Shown here: positions 11,416 through 23,941 of the stretch, one piece after another
How positions within the stretch are numbered: position 1 is the stretch's first letter
Layout: each line of letters begins with the position of its first letter
From: Basidiobolus meristosporus CBS 931.73
Lineage: Eukaryota; Fungi; Basidiobolomycota
Length of the DNA: 64,000 bases
NCBI GenBank assembly: GCA_002104905.1
Contig: MCFE01000104.1
Coordinates: forward strand, 62,001-126,000
Direction of reading: 5' to 3'
Notes under the pieces: model-generated
Told to the model about the DNA's origin: nothing
The model's input: only the letters and a program-made list of their open reading frames with translations
Database searches by the model: none
Translations under genes and position numbers: made by a program

Positions 11416-12378
11416 ATGTCTCGCTCAATCAACGCAGCCCTTGTGCACACCTTAGGCGAAGCTCCTCGTTACGCTCAAACACTGCTGAAAGGGCCACTGG
11501 AGGATCAAGTTCAGGTTAAAGTGTTGGCCACGGGACTTCACCAACTTGTCCGTTCTCGTGCAAGTGGAAAGCACTATTCTTCTGGTGGTACACTGCCTCT
11601 TATTCCTGGTGTCGATGGAGTTGGCACTCTACCAAGCGGGGAGAAAGTGTACTTTGCTGCGTTTGGCCCTGGTTCAGGTTCTTTTGCAGAATACGTCAAC
11701 GTAAACAAGAAAGAGTATATCCCGATTCCTCAGGACGCCGATCCCGCCACCATTGCTGCCCTTGTAAATCCCGCCATGTCCTCTTGGCTTGCCCTCAACT
11801 GTCGGGCTCAACTAAAGCCTGGATTCAGCGTACTGATTCTTGGAGTTACTGGGGCTTCCGGTAAATTGGCTATTCAGGTGGCACGCTGCCTTGGTGCTTC
11901 TAGAATTGTCGGCCTCGGCCGGAACCAAGAAACTCTTGAAGCGCTTCGTTCCTCAGGACTCGACGCAACAGTAGCATTGACTGATGATATCAATGCAACT
12001 AAAGCTAGCATTGCGAAAGAGGCCGCCAATGTAGATATCGTTTTGGATTACCTATGGGGACCTCCAGCACAGTACACCATGGAGGCAATTCTGGCACACC
12101 GTACCGAAGCAGACCAGCGATTGGACTGGGTACAAATTGGAAATATGGCTGGTCCTTCAATGCAGCTTCCAGCAAAGCTTCTCCGCTCATCCAACTTCGT
12201 GGTTTCCGGAAGTGGGATTGGATCAGTCTCTCTCCCAGACATGCTCAAAGAGATTAGTAAATTGGTGGTCGAGTTGTCAACCGGTCGTTTGACTCATCCC
12301 GTAAGTCGCCATCAACTGAGTGATATTGAGAAAGTTTGGAACGCTAAAGAGGCTGATCGCGTTGTTTTCCTCCCCTAA
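11416..12378 (+). CDS. MDR-superfamily NADPH:quinone oxidoreductase-like protein (zinc-free), intronless
   Basis: PLIPGVDGVG, ALVNPAMSSW, Rossmann VLILGVTGASGKLAIQVA, DIVLDYLWG; lacks the usual Zn-ligand cysteines. Confidence 0.85.
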   Translation: MSRSINAALVHTLGEAPRYAQTLLKGPLEDQVQVKVLATGLHQLVRSRASGKHYSSGGTLPLIPGVDGVGTLPSGEKVYFAAFGPGSGSFAEYVNVNKKEYIPIPQDADPATIAALVNPAMSSWLALNCRAQLKPGFSVLILGVTGASGKLAIQVARCLGASRIVGLGRNQETLEALRSSGLDATVALTDDINATKASIAKEAANVDIVLDYLWGPPAQYTMEAILAHRTEADQRLDWVQIGNMAGPSMQLPAKLLRSSNFVVSGSGIGSVSLPDMLKEISKLVVELSTGRLTHPVSRHQLSDIEKVWNAKEADRVVFLP

Positions 12379-12513
12379 TTGTATAAAGATAAATGTCCAT
12401 TGAATTTTTGAATTTACACTAGTTATTTATTGGCAATAGTTCACTTAGCAAATAAACGGAAAGTAGTTGATGATATAAGGCATTGTTAAACAAGATATGT
12501 TAGAAATATATCA

Positions 12514-13686
12514 TTATTCTTCATCGCTATCCTCTTCTTCAGCCTCAGCTAACCAGGTGATGAATGGCTCTGCTTTCTTACGGATGTTCTTGCTGGTCTC
12601 TTTGTCAACATACTTCTTGCTTGCCTTGCTTCCCCACTTGATGAAAATTTCTTCGTCTACCAAATCTTCATCATAAAGGGCCTTGAGAATCACAGGGGTT
12701 TTAGGGAGCAAATTCTGGTTGGTAATTCCAATGAGACGCTCTAATCCACCAAGAAGTGCCTTTTGGTCCTTCTCGTTCTTGACCAATTGCTCCAATAGAG
12801 ATGATCTGCTGGCAATTTGCTTGATAATGTCATCATCGAATAGAGCTTGAGCAATAACTTGGACTGCTCTATGTCTCTTGCTCATACCAACTTCTTCCAT
12901 CTTCTCCATGATTTGCTCGTCACTAGCGTCTCTGTTCTCTTCCAACCAGGTTCCGAAGAGCTCGTATGAGCTACCGGATCCTTCATCGTCGTCGTCGTCG
13001 CCAAGAACCAAAGAGGTATTGATGCTAGATTCAAGCTCCTTCATTCTGGCTGCGACAGCCTCTGGGCTAGTATCTTCAGCCCAGTCATCGTCGTCAGCCA
13101 AAAGGGAATCACCGGTAGGAAGCACGGCAACATCGGCGTTAATACGTCTTGTCAATTCGTCGTCAGAGCCCCCATCAGCACCTTCTTCAGTAGAGGGTGG
13201 AGTATTCAATCCACTATCAGCATGACCACGGTTCTTCTTGCCCTTTGTCTCAGGAGGATTCTTCAAGATGTAGGTAGTTAATTTGTGTCTCATATCTACA
13301 TCAGTACGTTGTCCACAAGCTTTACAATCACGAATGATATCATCCTTTGTGATGATCAAGTCAGTTTCGGGGTTTTTGCAAGAACCACATAAGACGAATT
13401 TGTCAATAAAACCGTCGAGCAGTTTTTGGAGCTTCTCGGCATCATGAGCACCGTTGACGATGTATCTGTCGTTCTTGGCTTCGCACTTAACTTGAGCGCC
13501 TAATTCGCAACCAAAGTACTTGGTAGGATAGGCAGGAGGACGGCAAAGGGAGCGTGAAATATCGGTCATGTTGGGAATAACTGTTTTGATACCGTTGCCT
13601 CTTCCTTCGACTTTAGCGAGCAAGCGAGGCATCTTGTAACGGTAGAAAGAATCTTTAACATCTCTGCGAATATTGATTGCGGCCAT
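12514..13686 (-). CDS. TIF5: Translation initiation factor eIF5, intronless
   Basis: DSFYRYKMPRL, GRGNGIKTVI, KYFGCELGAQ, FVLCGSCKNPET zinc ribbon; C-terminal W2 domain (FITWLAEAEEE). Confidence 0.97.
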   Translation of the reverse strand: MAAINIRRDVKDSFYRYKMPRLLAKVEGRGNGIKTVIPNMTDISRSLCRPPAYPTKYFGCELGAQVKCEAKNDRYIVNGAHDAEKLQKLLDGFIDKFVLCGSCKNPETDLIITKDDIIRDCKACGQRTDVDMRHKLTTYILKNPPETKGKKNRGHADSGLNTPPSTEEGADGGSDDELTRRINADVAVLPTGDSLLADDDDWAEDTSPEAVAARMKELESSINTSLVLGDDDDDEGSGSSYELFGTWLEENRDASDEQIMEKMEEVGMSKRHRAVQVIAQALFDDDIIKQIASRSSLLEQLVKNEKDQKALLGGLERLIGITNQNLLPKTPVILKALYDEDLVDEEIFIKWGSKASKKYVDKETSKNIRKKAEPFITWLAEAEEEDSDEE

Positions 13687-14405
13687 TTTGTTATAATATC
13701 ACTGGTTTGAAATATACGAGTTGGATAGATGGTCGATTTGAGCGATCTTTAGAGAACCTTCGGGTAGCTGGATGTGTAGAGGTTATTACAACGACAATTT
13801 CTTTCTTTTAGAAAGACGTATAGATAAGAAAGCAGAATGATGACTAGCGTAATCGGAACAAAATAGTGGCTTGTATTCTAGTAATGCCAGGAACATGAAT
13901 TGCTGGAGATGAACTGGGAGTTTAGAGAAGAAACTCTTGGTAGTAAGCAAGGCTTAATCGGAGTGAGATTAGCAAGGAATGCGAAACTATGTGAAGTCAA
14001 CCTAAGGAAGGATACGATTGAGCGTACATAGAAAACATATTATCTTTTATCCCACCCCTAACAATGGCGCAGCATCGGATTTAATCTAAAATTTTCTGAT
14101 TGGTGACTAAGGAGGATTTTTTTTCTGGTACCATCCCTTTTTGCTCGGATCATTCTTGCGACGGATCAAATCTCGTCACCTTTTTGACTACAGCACTCAT
14201 ATTTTTGGGGGAAAGGAGTGGTCTACGCCTGTCTGAGTCGTCCATGAGATCAAGCATGATATCAATTCGATAAATAGGCCAAGTTGATGTAGACAATTAT
14301 GCCATGGGATTGGCTAGATTTAACCTTAATTTAAATCATAGAGTATGCGAGAATGCATGCAATTACATACATTGCCATACACTGTTGAGGGAATTTATTG
14401 ATGAC

Positions 14406-17400
14406 TTAACGGGATTCGATCCAGCTTATGACGTTGTTCATGATTTGTTGATCAAGCCGTTTAAGTGTATTTATAGGCAACTCGGTACGGACTCCTTTTA
14501 AACATTCGTTTAGTATTAAGTATGCTTCGAATCCATAGAACAGACTCTTACCGTATGGATGGAGGGATCCATATGAAGGATCATCCCCATAGAGTTCGAT
14601 AGAGATAGGGTGGACTAACACATACGAATTCTGAATCACATCTCATGTTAGCCAAAATGCCACACTGTTTGATTATATTCTACCGCTACCTCTTTGTACC
14701 ACGCGTTCTTGTTGAGTGGGACGCTTGAGATCGTTTGCCCGGGCAGCATTACAAAGTACGCACTTTTGTTTTCGATATCTGGCAATGGTATCAATAGGTC
14801 GGTATGTCAGGGATAGTGAAAGTTGGGAATCTATGGAATTACCTGAATTCGTAATCAAATTGGTGGTTGCCACGGTGCCGTATCCAGTGGCGACAAAAAC
14901 GAGTTTGGCACTAGTGGGCCTTCATATGTTACAAATTAGGTGAGTGTCCCTGTCTTAGGAAAAACGACCTACATACCGAATATGTCTATTCCAAATGTGC
15001 ATATAAAGTCTATCAACGATTGCTTTGTCATCGTCTTGGAATCCATCCTAACAATTCGCTTTAGTTTGCGGTGAATGGAGCTGCCAACCAAAACATCCAT
15101 ACCAAACTTGGAATGTTAATATCTATCAGCTCCCAGTTCTTAGCCAGTATCTTCCCATCGAACTTATTGATGACGTCGATCTAACGAGGGGTGGGGTTAG
15201 TTGAATTGGACAGTAAACGTACCGAAAACATCAAAGCGTACTAGATCTGATTCTTGTTGAGTGAAATTCTCGGGGTTATTCCTGTAAGAGGCCAGTTAAT
15301 TCACGAGCAAAGGCAAAGATTCATGAGATATCCACAAACATATCATGAATAAAAACAACGATCACATCTGCTCCACTGGTCATTCCGCTAAAGTAGAGCC
15401 ATGTTAGTGAGGATCGTCTCTATGTGACTGGTGTAGTGCTTGCCTATAGAACACTTCTTCTCGGAATAGATCAGGCACATTAGCTCCATTAATAGGAAGC
15501 TTGAGCAAACCGTACTCGTCCATTAGTAGTTCAGATCTTTCTTTGGAGAGACCTAACAGGCAAAATAGCTTCTTAGATACAAATCAGTTGGATATACAAC
15601 AATACCAATCCCTACTTTCTCTTTGCAAGAGTCTTGCACTGGATATTTCTTTTAAATGCGAGGTCAGTTGCAATCATTTGCTTGGTGAGTTTGAACAGCA
15701 ACATATCTTACCAGAATTCAAATAAGATACGTGTAAACTCGAGCTTTCCAAAGAATTCCAATATTTTGCTTGAGCTTGAATAACTTTCTGAGTAATTTCT
15801 ATACATTTGGTGCTCGGAACAAGTGATCCCAGTGCTGGCGGATCCTCTCCTGTTAAGACCTTGACACATTCTAACGCTGAGGCGGAGGTTACGTCGACAT
15901 TATAACCGCCCTAACATGACAACCAGTCACTATTTGTGCCACCCATTGCTGACAACCGCGAAAAGCCATACCTCCAAAACTAAAGCCAGCTTTCCTCCAG
16001 CAAGCGATTTGAGCATGCATGTCATATGGGCGTATCCAGCAGGGGTGACAAGGCAATTGCCAGTCTGATCTCCTGTGTTGGGGTGAATCAATAAGCCATA
16101 AAGGATCATGAATTTGCAAACGAATGGTACCTGCTCCAGCATCGAAGCCAGCGGCAACTATGTGCAACGAGGGTGTCAGTAACTGGTTCTTAACACTTTT
16201 GCATTTATATATAGACTCACCAATTACGATCTCTGGGGCAAACTCATAGGCGACAGGCATTAAAAGGTTATTGAATACATGAAGATAATCACCATCACCC
16301 ATTCCCGAACAGGGCCAGGGCACATTAATGTTTCTATCGATCCTTGTTAGTGATATTTGTAATACAAAGATACTACCAGTCACTCACCTGCCTTTGGCCT
16401 CTCCTTCACCAATGATATGATGAGCAGCGGCAATATCGTAGGGATAAAACTTGGATTCATCGTATCGATGTATGGAAATATATAATACATTTGGGTCTGA
16501 TAAAAATACTTTCTGGATCCCGTTGCCTGACAAACACAATCAATATGTCTGAGGCATAATGATGAGGATGATAAAACGTTTCCTACCGTGGTGAATATCC
16601 CTTTAAGCAAATAGCGTTCGTATTGTGAGTTTAAATATTGTGAGCCAAGCAAAAGAGTTTACTTACCAATCCACAATTAGAATCCTCTTAGCCTTGTGTT
16701 GTTGTTGCAGATACCGGGCAGCAATTGCCTATAGTAAAATAGTCAGATTTGGTTTTCAATGTTTGCCAGAAAATGGAATATCGCTTACTATATTATTATA
16801 AAGGCAATATCCCCTATGTGAGGTGGCATGTCAGTGTGTGTATGTATGTTATTTCATAATTATGATGAGTATCTCTTACATGGCCTAAAGCAAAATAGAA
16901 ATCATCTTAGTATGTTATGAAAGCCAAGAAACGTCACTGGGTGACTTACCTTTTCGGGCTCAGCATGGTGACCCCTATATTTTGAAAGGTTTTTGTTTAG
17001 ACACCAAAACTCATCCAAGGAGATAACTTATACGTACGGTGGCCTGATGATTGCGAACCCATTTTTGACAATGCCCTTATAAACTGTTCTACAAAGTTCT
17101 ATAACACCACCGCTGGCGATTCTCGCACAGTGTGCAGATTCAGTGTTCAAGTAGACCGAATCATAACTGCTTGAAAGCGCCTTTAGCCCTTGCAAAGAAA
17201 GATCTGAAAGGAGATTTTGTGTGAGGTAGCGTATGAAAAAGAATTATCACTATTGTCAGATTCTATACCAGCAGAGTTTGTGAGCGCTTCATGATAGTCG
17301 GCAGAATGAACCAAGAGAATTTCTTCTTTTGTGGCCTCTCTTGCTGATATCCGAACACACTTTGTCAGAATACCCTCGTCCTGGATAACCTTGAATATCT

Positions 17401-17599
17401 TCCAAATCCGTTGGGAATTTTCAAGCTGTCCCGCATCCGAATCAACTGGGGTGTGAAACCGTAGTCGAACGTCATAAACTATTCCAGTTGCGAACCTGGA
17501 TACGTATTCCAACGGACCAGAATCTATTTTTTGCTTCTTGCCTTCGCTACGAGAAGATCGCGAACTGGGTCGCATTTTTGCATTAAAAGTGTCAGTCAT
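14406..17599 (-). CDS. HDA1: Class II histone deacetylase (Hda1/Clr3-like) with C-terminal extension; many introns and microexons; 3' end approximate
   Basis: Spliced motifs [32 protein letters not shown]...[45 protein letters not shown]. Confidence 0.88.
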
Positions 17600-18198
17600 T
17601 TAGCACAGCAATTGTCTGGCGACATCTCGTTAATATTGTTGTTTTGCTAGTTCAAATTGACGAAACAAATCACGATCTAAATGCGGTAAAAAGCAATGAA
17701 GCATAGGGATTTTGGTAGATCTCATTCATATCATTTCCGAAAGCTGCTACACCTTATCGTATTGACAAAAGTTCACCCGAAACTCAGGCACTATTTATGT
17801 GATTTGGTATTCTAGTTTCACATTATACGAAGTGGTTTATATATTCATTACACATTCAATATACTATGATTGAGACTTGGTATCCCGAGACAATGGTGGC
17901 ACCACGTTATGAGAAGCACCATAAGACCACGCAGTTCTAATTGCAATGGAGTGAACAAGCAGTCTAACCCCAATATGCCGAAATAAACGCCAATCATTAT
18001 TGGCAGAGTCGAATACTGTAGTAGACCGAACATTGCTATACTAAAGAAAGATAGTCTGCCTGGCGTGGATTTAGATTCAATGTGCTTGCCATAATAGGGC
18101 CGAAGTTGTCACCAATAATACATAGGGAACACTCTCCAGCAATTGTTTATATATATATATCTGCGCCGGACTCCATCACCATTCTATGCATTCTGGAT

Positions 18199-19390
18199 AT
18201 GTTGGCTTTGCAACGATGCTTCATAAACAAGCCCTCAATCAGGATCAGCTACCCTCTTGGTTTTAAAATATCTTTTGGTACTGGACATGTGCATAGATTT
18301 CTCCCTTGTCAACACCTGAGCCATACCTCATATGCAGAGAATGCTACATCTGTCGATGAAAAGTTGGGGGATTTTCGACCTGTATACCTAAATCGAAACC
18401 AACAACCACCAAGTATCGACTTACCGACGGAGATTCAATCATTTGGCCAAGGTAACCCACAGCTCATTAGAATACCAACACCAGAATATGCTAACACTAT
18501 ATACAGGGGAAATATCATTTAATATGGATGATGAAAATCCCATACTTATCGTAAACCGGGTGTTCTCAGAAGTAGCTGGAGCTGCCTTCCCTGTTAGTCT
18601 GAACTCTTCACTCTCAATGTTGGCATATCAGATTAAGGAGGAGTATCCACAATTGACAGATGTTGCTTTTTATGAAATTGGCCCAGATTTTCGGCCTTCT
18701 ATCAAGTATTCAAGGCACTTCAGGCTAAAAGATCTAATCCGAAGCGCTATGCACAATCCGCACAAGGGCTTCTTTATCTCGCTAAACAGCAGCACCCTTT
18801 TCGTTGGCATCCCTACCTTCCAAGGTTCGACCTTTACTGTTCCTAGTTTGGCATTTACACTGACTCTAATCCTTATTTCAGAGCGAACGCACAAACTGAT
18901 TCACCATATATCCTCTATTGATAAGAGGCTGGAGCCCTTGAGTAGGCTGAAAGAAACATGTGACACGCTCGCTGAGAAGACGAACAAGAATCTCATCCGA
19001 GGAGGCATGCTAGGTCTTTGCTCTTACTTTGGGTTCATGGCAAAACTTACTTGGTGGGATTATGGTTGGGATGGTGAGGTTTGATATGTATATATATGAT
19101 AATTCGTAAGTGATTTCAGTATTGATATACCCTTCAAAAAAGTTATGGAGCCGTTTTCATATTTCACTGGAGTAGGAGTGGGGATATTTGGTTATCTCTA
19201 TTTCCTAATAACCAAGAAGGATTACTCCTACACCTCTATCACGAAACACGCGGCAGACCGCCGTCAAATGGCTCTTTATACAGAGCATGGCCTCGATCTT
19301 AATGAGTACCAAGCTTTGCGCACGCAGCGGGATGAGATTAGTGCACGAATCGAGAGCATAAAAAGGGAATATGAGAGTTACTATCGCTAA
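18199..19390 (+). CDS. MCU: Mitochondrial calcium uniporter family protein (MCU/MCUP); introns near 18450-18504, 18824-18880, 19075-19143
   Basis: Presequence-like N-terminus; PTFQ-ERT coiled coil; two TM helices flanking the spliced selectivity motif WWDYGWD-VMEPFSYF (WDxxEP). Confidence 0.87.
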
Positions 19391-19505
19391 TCTCCTACTC
19401 GTCGCCGCATCGAGCGTACAAAAGACACAGATATATCGAATGAGCTAATAAATGAACTGCTTTGGAATATATTATTGGTGTTTATTGGAAACGAAAATCA
19501 TGAAC

Positions 19506-19923
19506 TTAAGATTCCATCAATTCACGAAGACGACGGACAGTGCTTCTGACGGTAGCGGCAGCAGTGGTGGAAACGGTCCAAGCACCGCCAGCCATCACCT
19601 TGCGGCAACCACGACATTCCCAGATACCAACAGATTGGCGCTTAACGGCGTCCTAATTATGATGGGCGTTTTGTGAGAAACTATGCTCGTTACGTAAGTA
19701 CTTCTGCATCAACTAACCTTTCCACAGAAGGTGCAAGTGTATTTGGCGTGTTGAGTGATTTCCATCTTCTTAACTTGCTTTCTGAGGGAGGCACCATAAC
19801 GGGTACCGTATTTACCGACAACTCCAACCTTTTTAGTACGTTTGGCCTACATTCAACGACGTCTTAATATGGCTGGTCGAATAGATGGATGTAATGTTCA
19901 TCCAAATTCACATCACTTACCAT
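19506..19923 (-). CDS. RPL43: 60S ribosomal protein L43/L37a (eL43); ATG-only first exon, 2 introns
   Basis: [60 protein letters not shown]. Confidence 0.97.
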
Positions 19924-20194
19924 TGGAATAGATGGTAGAAGACAAAGGAAAAAAGGAGGGGACTTCGGAGCGGTATCGAAGTTTTGATAAATCTTACTTA
20001 TTTTTTTCGATCATGACTGATCCTTTTTTTCCTATGATCTGGGATCTAACATGACTTGATCAGCACATAATATTGGGTTGGCAAGTGATTATATTTATAC
20101 AACAGAGATTTGGTGAGTAAAAGGCGTGGGTAATTAGATACATGAGAAAGTGCACATTATACAAAGAGGGGAGGAAACAAGGAAATGCCGTAAA

Positions 20195-21571
20195 TTAATA
20201 AGCCATCTCGTCCCAGAGCTCATCAGATATATTGGGGCAACCTTTGAACTGCAATTCCAGGTTTGGGTACTGCTTGCTAATTCTACGAACATCCTCGTCT
20301 TCTAGATCCTGCATGCCGGATATGTCTAGAGAACGAAACTCCACTAAATTGGTGGGTATCTCTTCAATGGCCTCTCGTGTTATGCGTAAACAGTACCCTA
20401 GCTTCAGATTTTGCAGTTGGTGACATTTGCCAAATAGTACTTTGGCTGAAACGTCGGTAATTCTGGGACAAGACGTTAAATCTATGCTTCTAACGTTGGG
20501 TAGCGAGTTTGCAATGGAAATGATGCCCGCGTCTAAAATATTGTCACAGTAGGCCATGGACAATTGTTCAATCTCCGAGCATTGTGTAGCAAGAGCTGAA
20601 ACAGACCGGCTGGTAACTCCGCTACAATATGACATATCAACTGCCTTTAACTTTTTGCAGTGTTGCGCAAGAGCCAATATGCCAGAGTCAGAGACGGAAC
20701 TTGATGCCACATCCAGGTTCGTTAGTTGAGAGGCATGTCGAACTAACTCGATTATAGTGTTATCAGTCAGTATGTACACGTTGTTGAGGTTGAGATGGCG
20801 TAGTCTTCCGCCGTGTAACGCTATTTTCTGTACAATCGAGCGGGTAACTCTGCAATACTCAAGCTGAAGGGATTCAAACTCTCTACCAACATCAAACATT
20901 TTCTCCAGGTTTTGCTTGGTGATATTCTGACAATGACTAAGATCCAATGAAGTCAGTTTGGGGCAACCTTGAACAATATGGGGGAGTGAGGAACCGTCTA
21001 TGAAGCAAAGTTTGACGCTCAATGTATGCAAGTCTGGGCAACCCTCAGCTAGCCCGGATAATGCCAAGTCAGTGATAGAAGTACAACCAGCGATAGATAG
21101 ACTTTTTAGTTTTGTGCAGCGAGAGCTAATTGCGCGTATAGTTGCGTCAGTGAGTTTGTAGCAGTTTGTTACGTCAATCTTGCGGAGGTTGATGCAGGTA
21201 GAAGCAATAACTTGAACTAAGGAATCTCTGACAAGTATTTGGGCGGTCTGACAGGTAGAAAAGTCAATTTCCTCAATTAGGGGCCCATAGTTTCGAATGG
21301 TGTATGAGGGTGGTAAAAAGGACAATTTCGTTTCAGGAACAGCTTTGCGGATCAAATTGTACCAATTCTCACGAGCCCGATGTTTCCGAGAGCTAACGAG
21401 AGCTCTGTTTATGCATTCAATTCTACGAGTTGAGGTAGGCTTCACAGATTTCCAAAGAATGGAGGCTGCTACGCAATTCCAATCAGTGCATACCAAAACG
21501 CAGGTGTGAAGCTCGCCAGGGTTCTCCAAGTAAGAAAATATTTGCGAAAGTAATTCAGGAGGTAGAAACAT
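20195..21571 (-). CDS. F-box/leucine-rich repeat protein (FBXL-type), intronless
   Basis: N-terminal F-box LPPELLSQIFSYL...CVLVCTDW; repeated cysteine-containing LRRs (LxxLdlsxCxxiTD). Confidence 0.9.
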   Translation of the reverse strand: MFLPPELLSQIFSYLENPGELHTCVLVCTDWNCVAASILWKSVKPTSTRRIECINRALVSSRKHRARENWYNLIRKAVPETKLSFLPPSYTIRNYGPLIEEIDFSTCQTAQILVRDSLVQVIASTCINLRKIDVTNCYKLTDATIRAISSRCTKLKSLSIAGCTSITDLALSGLAEGCPDLHTLSVKLCFIDGSSLPHIVQGCPKLTSLDLSHCQNITKQNLEKMFDVGREFESLQLEYCRVTRSIVQKIALHGGRLRHLNLNNVYILTDNTIIELVRHASQLTNLDVASSSVSDSGILALAQHCKKLKAVDMSYCSGVTSRSVSALATQCSEIEQLSMAYCDNILDAGIISIANSLPNVRSIDLTSCPRITDVSAKVLFGKCHQLQNLKLGYCLRITREAIEEIPTNLVEFRSLDISGMQDLEDEDVRRISKQYPNLELQFKGCPNISDELWDEMAY

Positions 21572-22668
21572 GACTACTACTGGCCTCTATTAGAGCTTCA
21601 CAATTATAAAAGACTAGAGTATAACGATAATGAAGAGCTGGAGGGCAAGGAAGGCGTTTATATCTTCGTTTCCGTTCGATATTGCTATTAAATGAGGCTA
21701 TTTTATTTTCTCGATAACATGGGATATTACAGAAAATGATGGCAATTTTCGCCCGATATATCCTATCTATATTGTCTGATTACAGATTTCAAATAAGCTT
21801 TGATATGCTACGATGGTCGTGTGACTAACTCTTGCAAGAAGCAGAACATCCGATCACGCCAAACCGGATGTGTTATCACCATATTTGTACGTATGATGAG
21901 CCAGTTTCTTTTTCCATCAGGATCAAATATATAATCGCAACTCCATAAGTATCGCTACTGTTTTGGAACTCTGATCAGGTGGATTGCCACCCAATACGAT
22001 TATTCCGTAGTCTCTGCCAGCCCCAATAGATTATCGTAATAGTTACTGCGCGTGTCCATCTCTCCACCATGGTCTTCAGGTGTGTGTGTTCATAGCTCTC
22101 CGCTGTAGTCTTGATTAGGCAAGCAGGTCTAGTTTCACTTCATTACGCGGATGGCAATGTACGACTTATTATACAAGAAGTGTTGATGGTTGTTTGGGTT
22201 GAGTCCTAACTTGCCGAAATCGAAAACAATCATCTGCAAAAGAGTTGTGCATGATGATGATTGCTTCTGCATCCGCACGCATGCCGGATAAATAGTTGCA
22301 ATGACAGTAGACATTTGGGAGTTCGAAGCGCATCATTTATGTTATTTCCTTGGGATTTTCTCCAACAATTGTTAGAGAAACCCCGACATGACATGGCATG
22401 AGTTATTACCAGGCTCAAACTTACAAAACAGCTACACATCCGCATCCTTCTTTCCTCTGTATTCATTTTGCTCTCAAACAACATTTTTATAGACCGATTG
22501 CGCTGCTTCTTGTCGATTTTGTATTAGCAAGCTATCCCGTCCTCCCAATTTCCTGCAAAAAAGAGTGCAGTAGAGAATTGAATATTGCTCCTTTATGAAA
22601 TCTAGTTGATTCTCCTTCTTGGACACTCACTTTCGTGTCAAAAGTCAACTCTCCTTTTTGACAGCATC

Positions 22669-23941
22669 ATGCTAGATTTCCCCCCTTTAATTCTTATATT
22701 CACAATCCTTTTGCTCAACGCTATGAGTGTAGCCTCACTCAACAATACCGAGAGCTTGCCCACAAAGTGCTACAGCCTAACTTCCTCGAAGTTTTGTGGT
22801 GGAAGTTTCGGTACGTACTTCATGTCTAGCAATGCGATGATTGATGGAGTCAATCCACTAGACGTGGCCTCATTTGATCGTGCCCTGGAGTTTTACTTCG
22901 GCTCACCCAAGGACATAGATCAAATTAATAAATTATTCGATTGTAAAGGTGGAGTCGGCTGGAACGGCATTGAAGAGCCTCCATTTAGATCCACATTTAC
23001 CTGCCGCGCGCTACTCGAGCATCCTTTGGTCCGAGAGTGTAACATACAAAACCCCATTCCTCCAATTTGCAAATCTACGTGTATTCGATATGTGCAAGGT
23101 TGGAGTGATATCCTTCTCAATAGCACCGCCTGCCCCTCTTCGTTGGAACAAAGAGAAGCCAAAGTGAAGAATCTTTACTCTTGGTGTGAAGCCTTCCCTA
23201 ATAACGGTACGGATGGAAATTGCGTTGACGGAGAGCAAAATGAGAGCAGGACTTGTGGTATGTAGTTTCCAATCTGTCATTCTAATGTAGATTGGCATTT
23301 GACCGGTTCTATTCGTAGGATTTATGTTGCCAGCACAGTACCCAACCTTATGCAATTTTTGCCAGACATCGAACAATAGTTGCTGTAAATCCGAAGCAAC
23401 CAAGCTTTGCTCATTAGCTAACCACGAGCAGCCTCTGAAGAAGAACAGCATGGTGTTTGTACTCTCGGGGATCTTCGGTTCAGTGGGTGTTGTTGCTTTG
23501 GTTCTGGGCGCCCTATTCTACATTCGCCGGAGACGTCAGTCCCAAATGAAAACTCATTCAAGCCAGTCTATCTCTTCGTCAACAAATTTGATTGCCAATT
23601 CGTTGCCTTACCCGCCTCCTTCCCCCCCACCTAGTGCACAGTCCGATGGTGAGGGATATACATGCGTATTTGCTTACACTCCTACACTAGAGGATGAGTT
23701 AATGATACAGCCTGGCGACATGCTCATTGTTATCTGGTCCTTTGATGATGGCTGGGCAGTGGGCCGCAACCTGAACACCGGCAACGAGGGTGCGTTCCCG
23801 ATGGCTTGTGTTACGAAGAACCCCCCAAGCGAGATTCTATCAAGCGACGCAGAAAAACTTGATGGTGAACAATACCCTCGAACCTCTTCCAAACACATAT
23901 CCGAACGGCTATCTTTTAACTCTATAACTTCTCAAAAGTAG
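22669..23941 (+). CDS. Single-pass membrane protein: signal peptide, Cys-rich ectodomain, TM, cytoplasmic SH3; one intron ~23258-23318
   Basis: Hydrophobic leader; more than 10 Cys in the ectodomain; TM VFVLSGIFGSVGVVALVLGALFYI followed by RRRR; SH3 FAYTPTLEDELMIQPGD...DDGWAVG...GAFPMACV. Confidence 0.8.

Noticed and set aside
17848-18033. Small hydrophobic ORF (MFGLLQYSTLPIMIGVYFG...) head-to-head with MCU, superficially EMRE-like
   Set aside because: No targeting presequence, no PxP motif, no acidic C-terminus, and no plausible upstream exon; the similarity is limited to FGLL...YxG.
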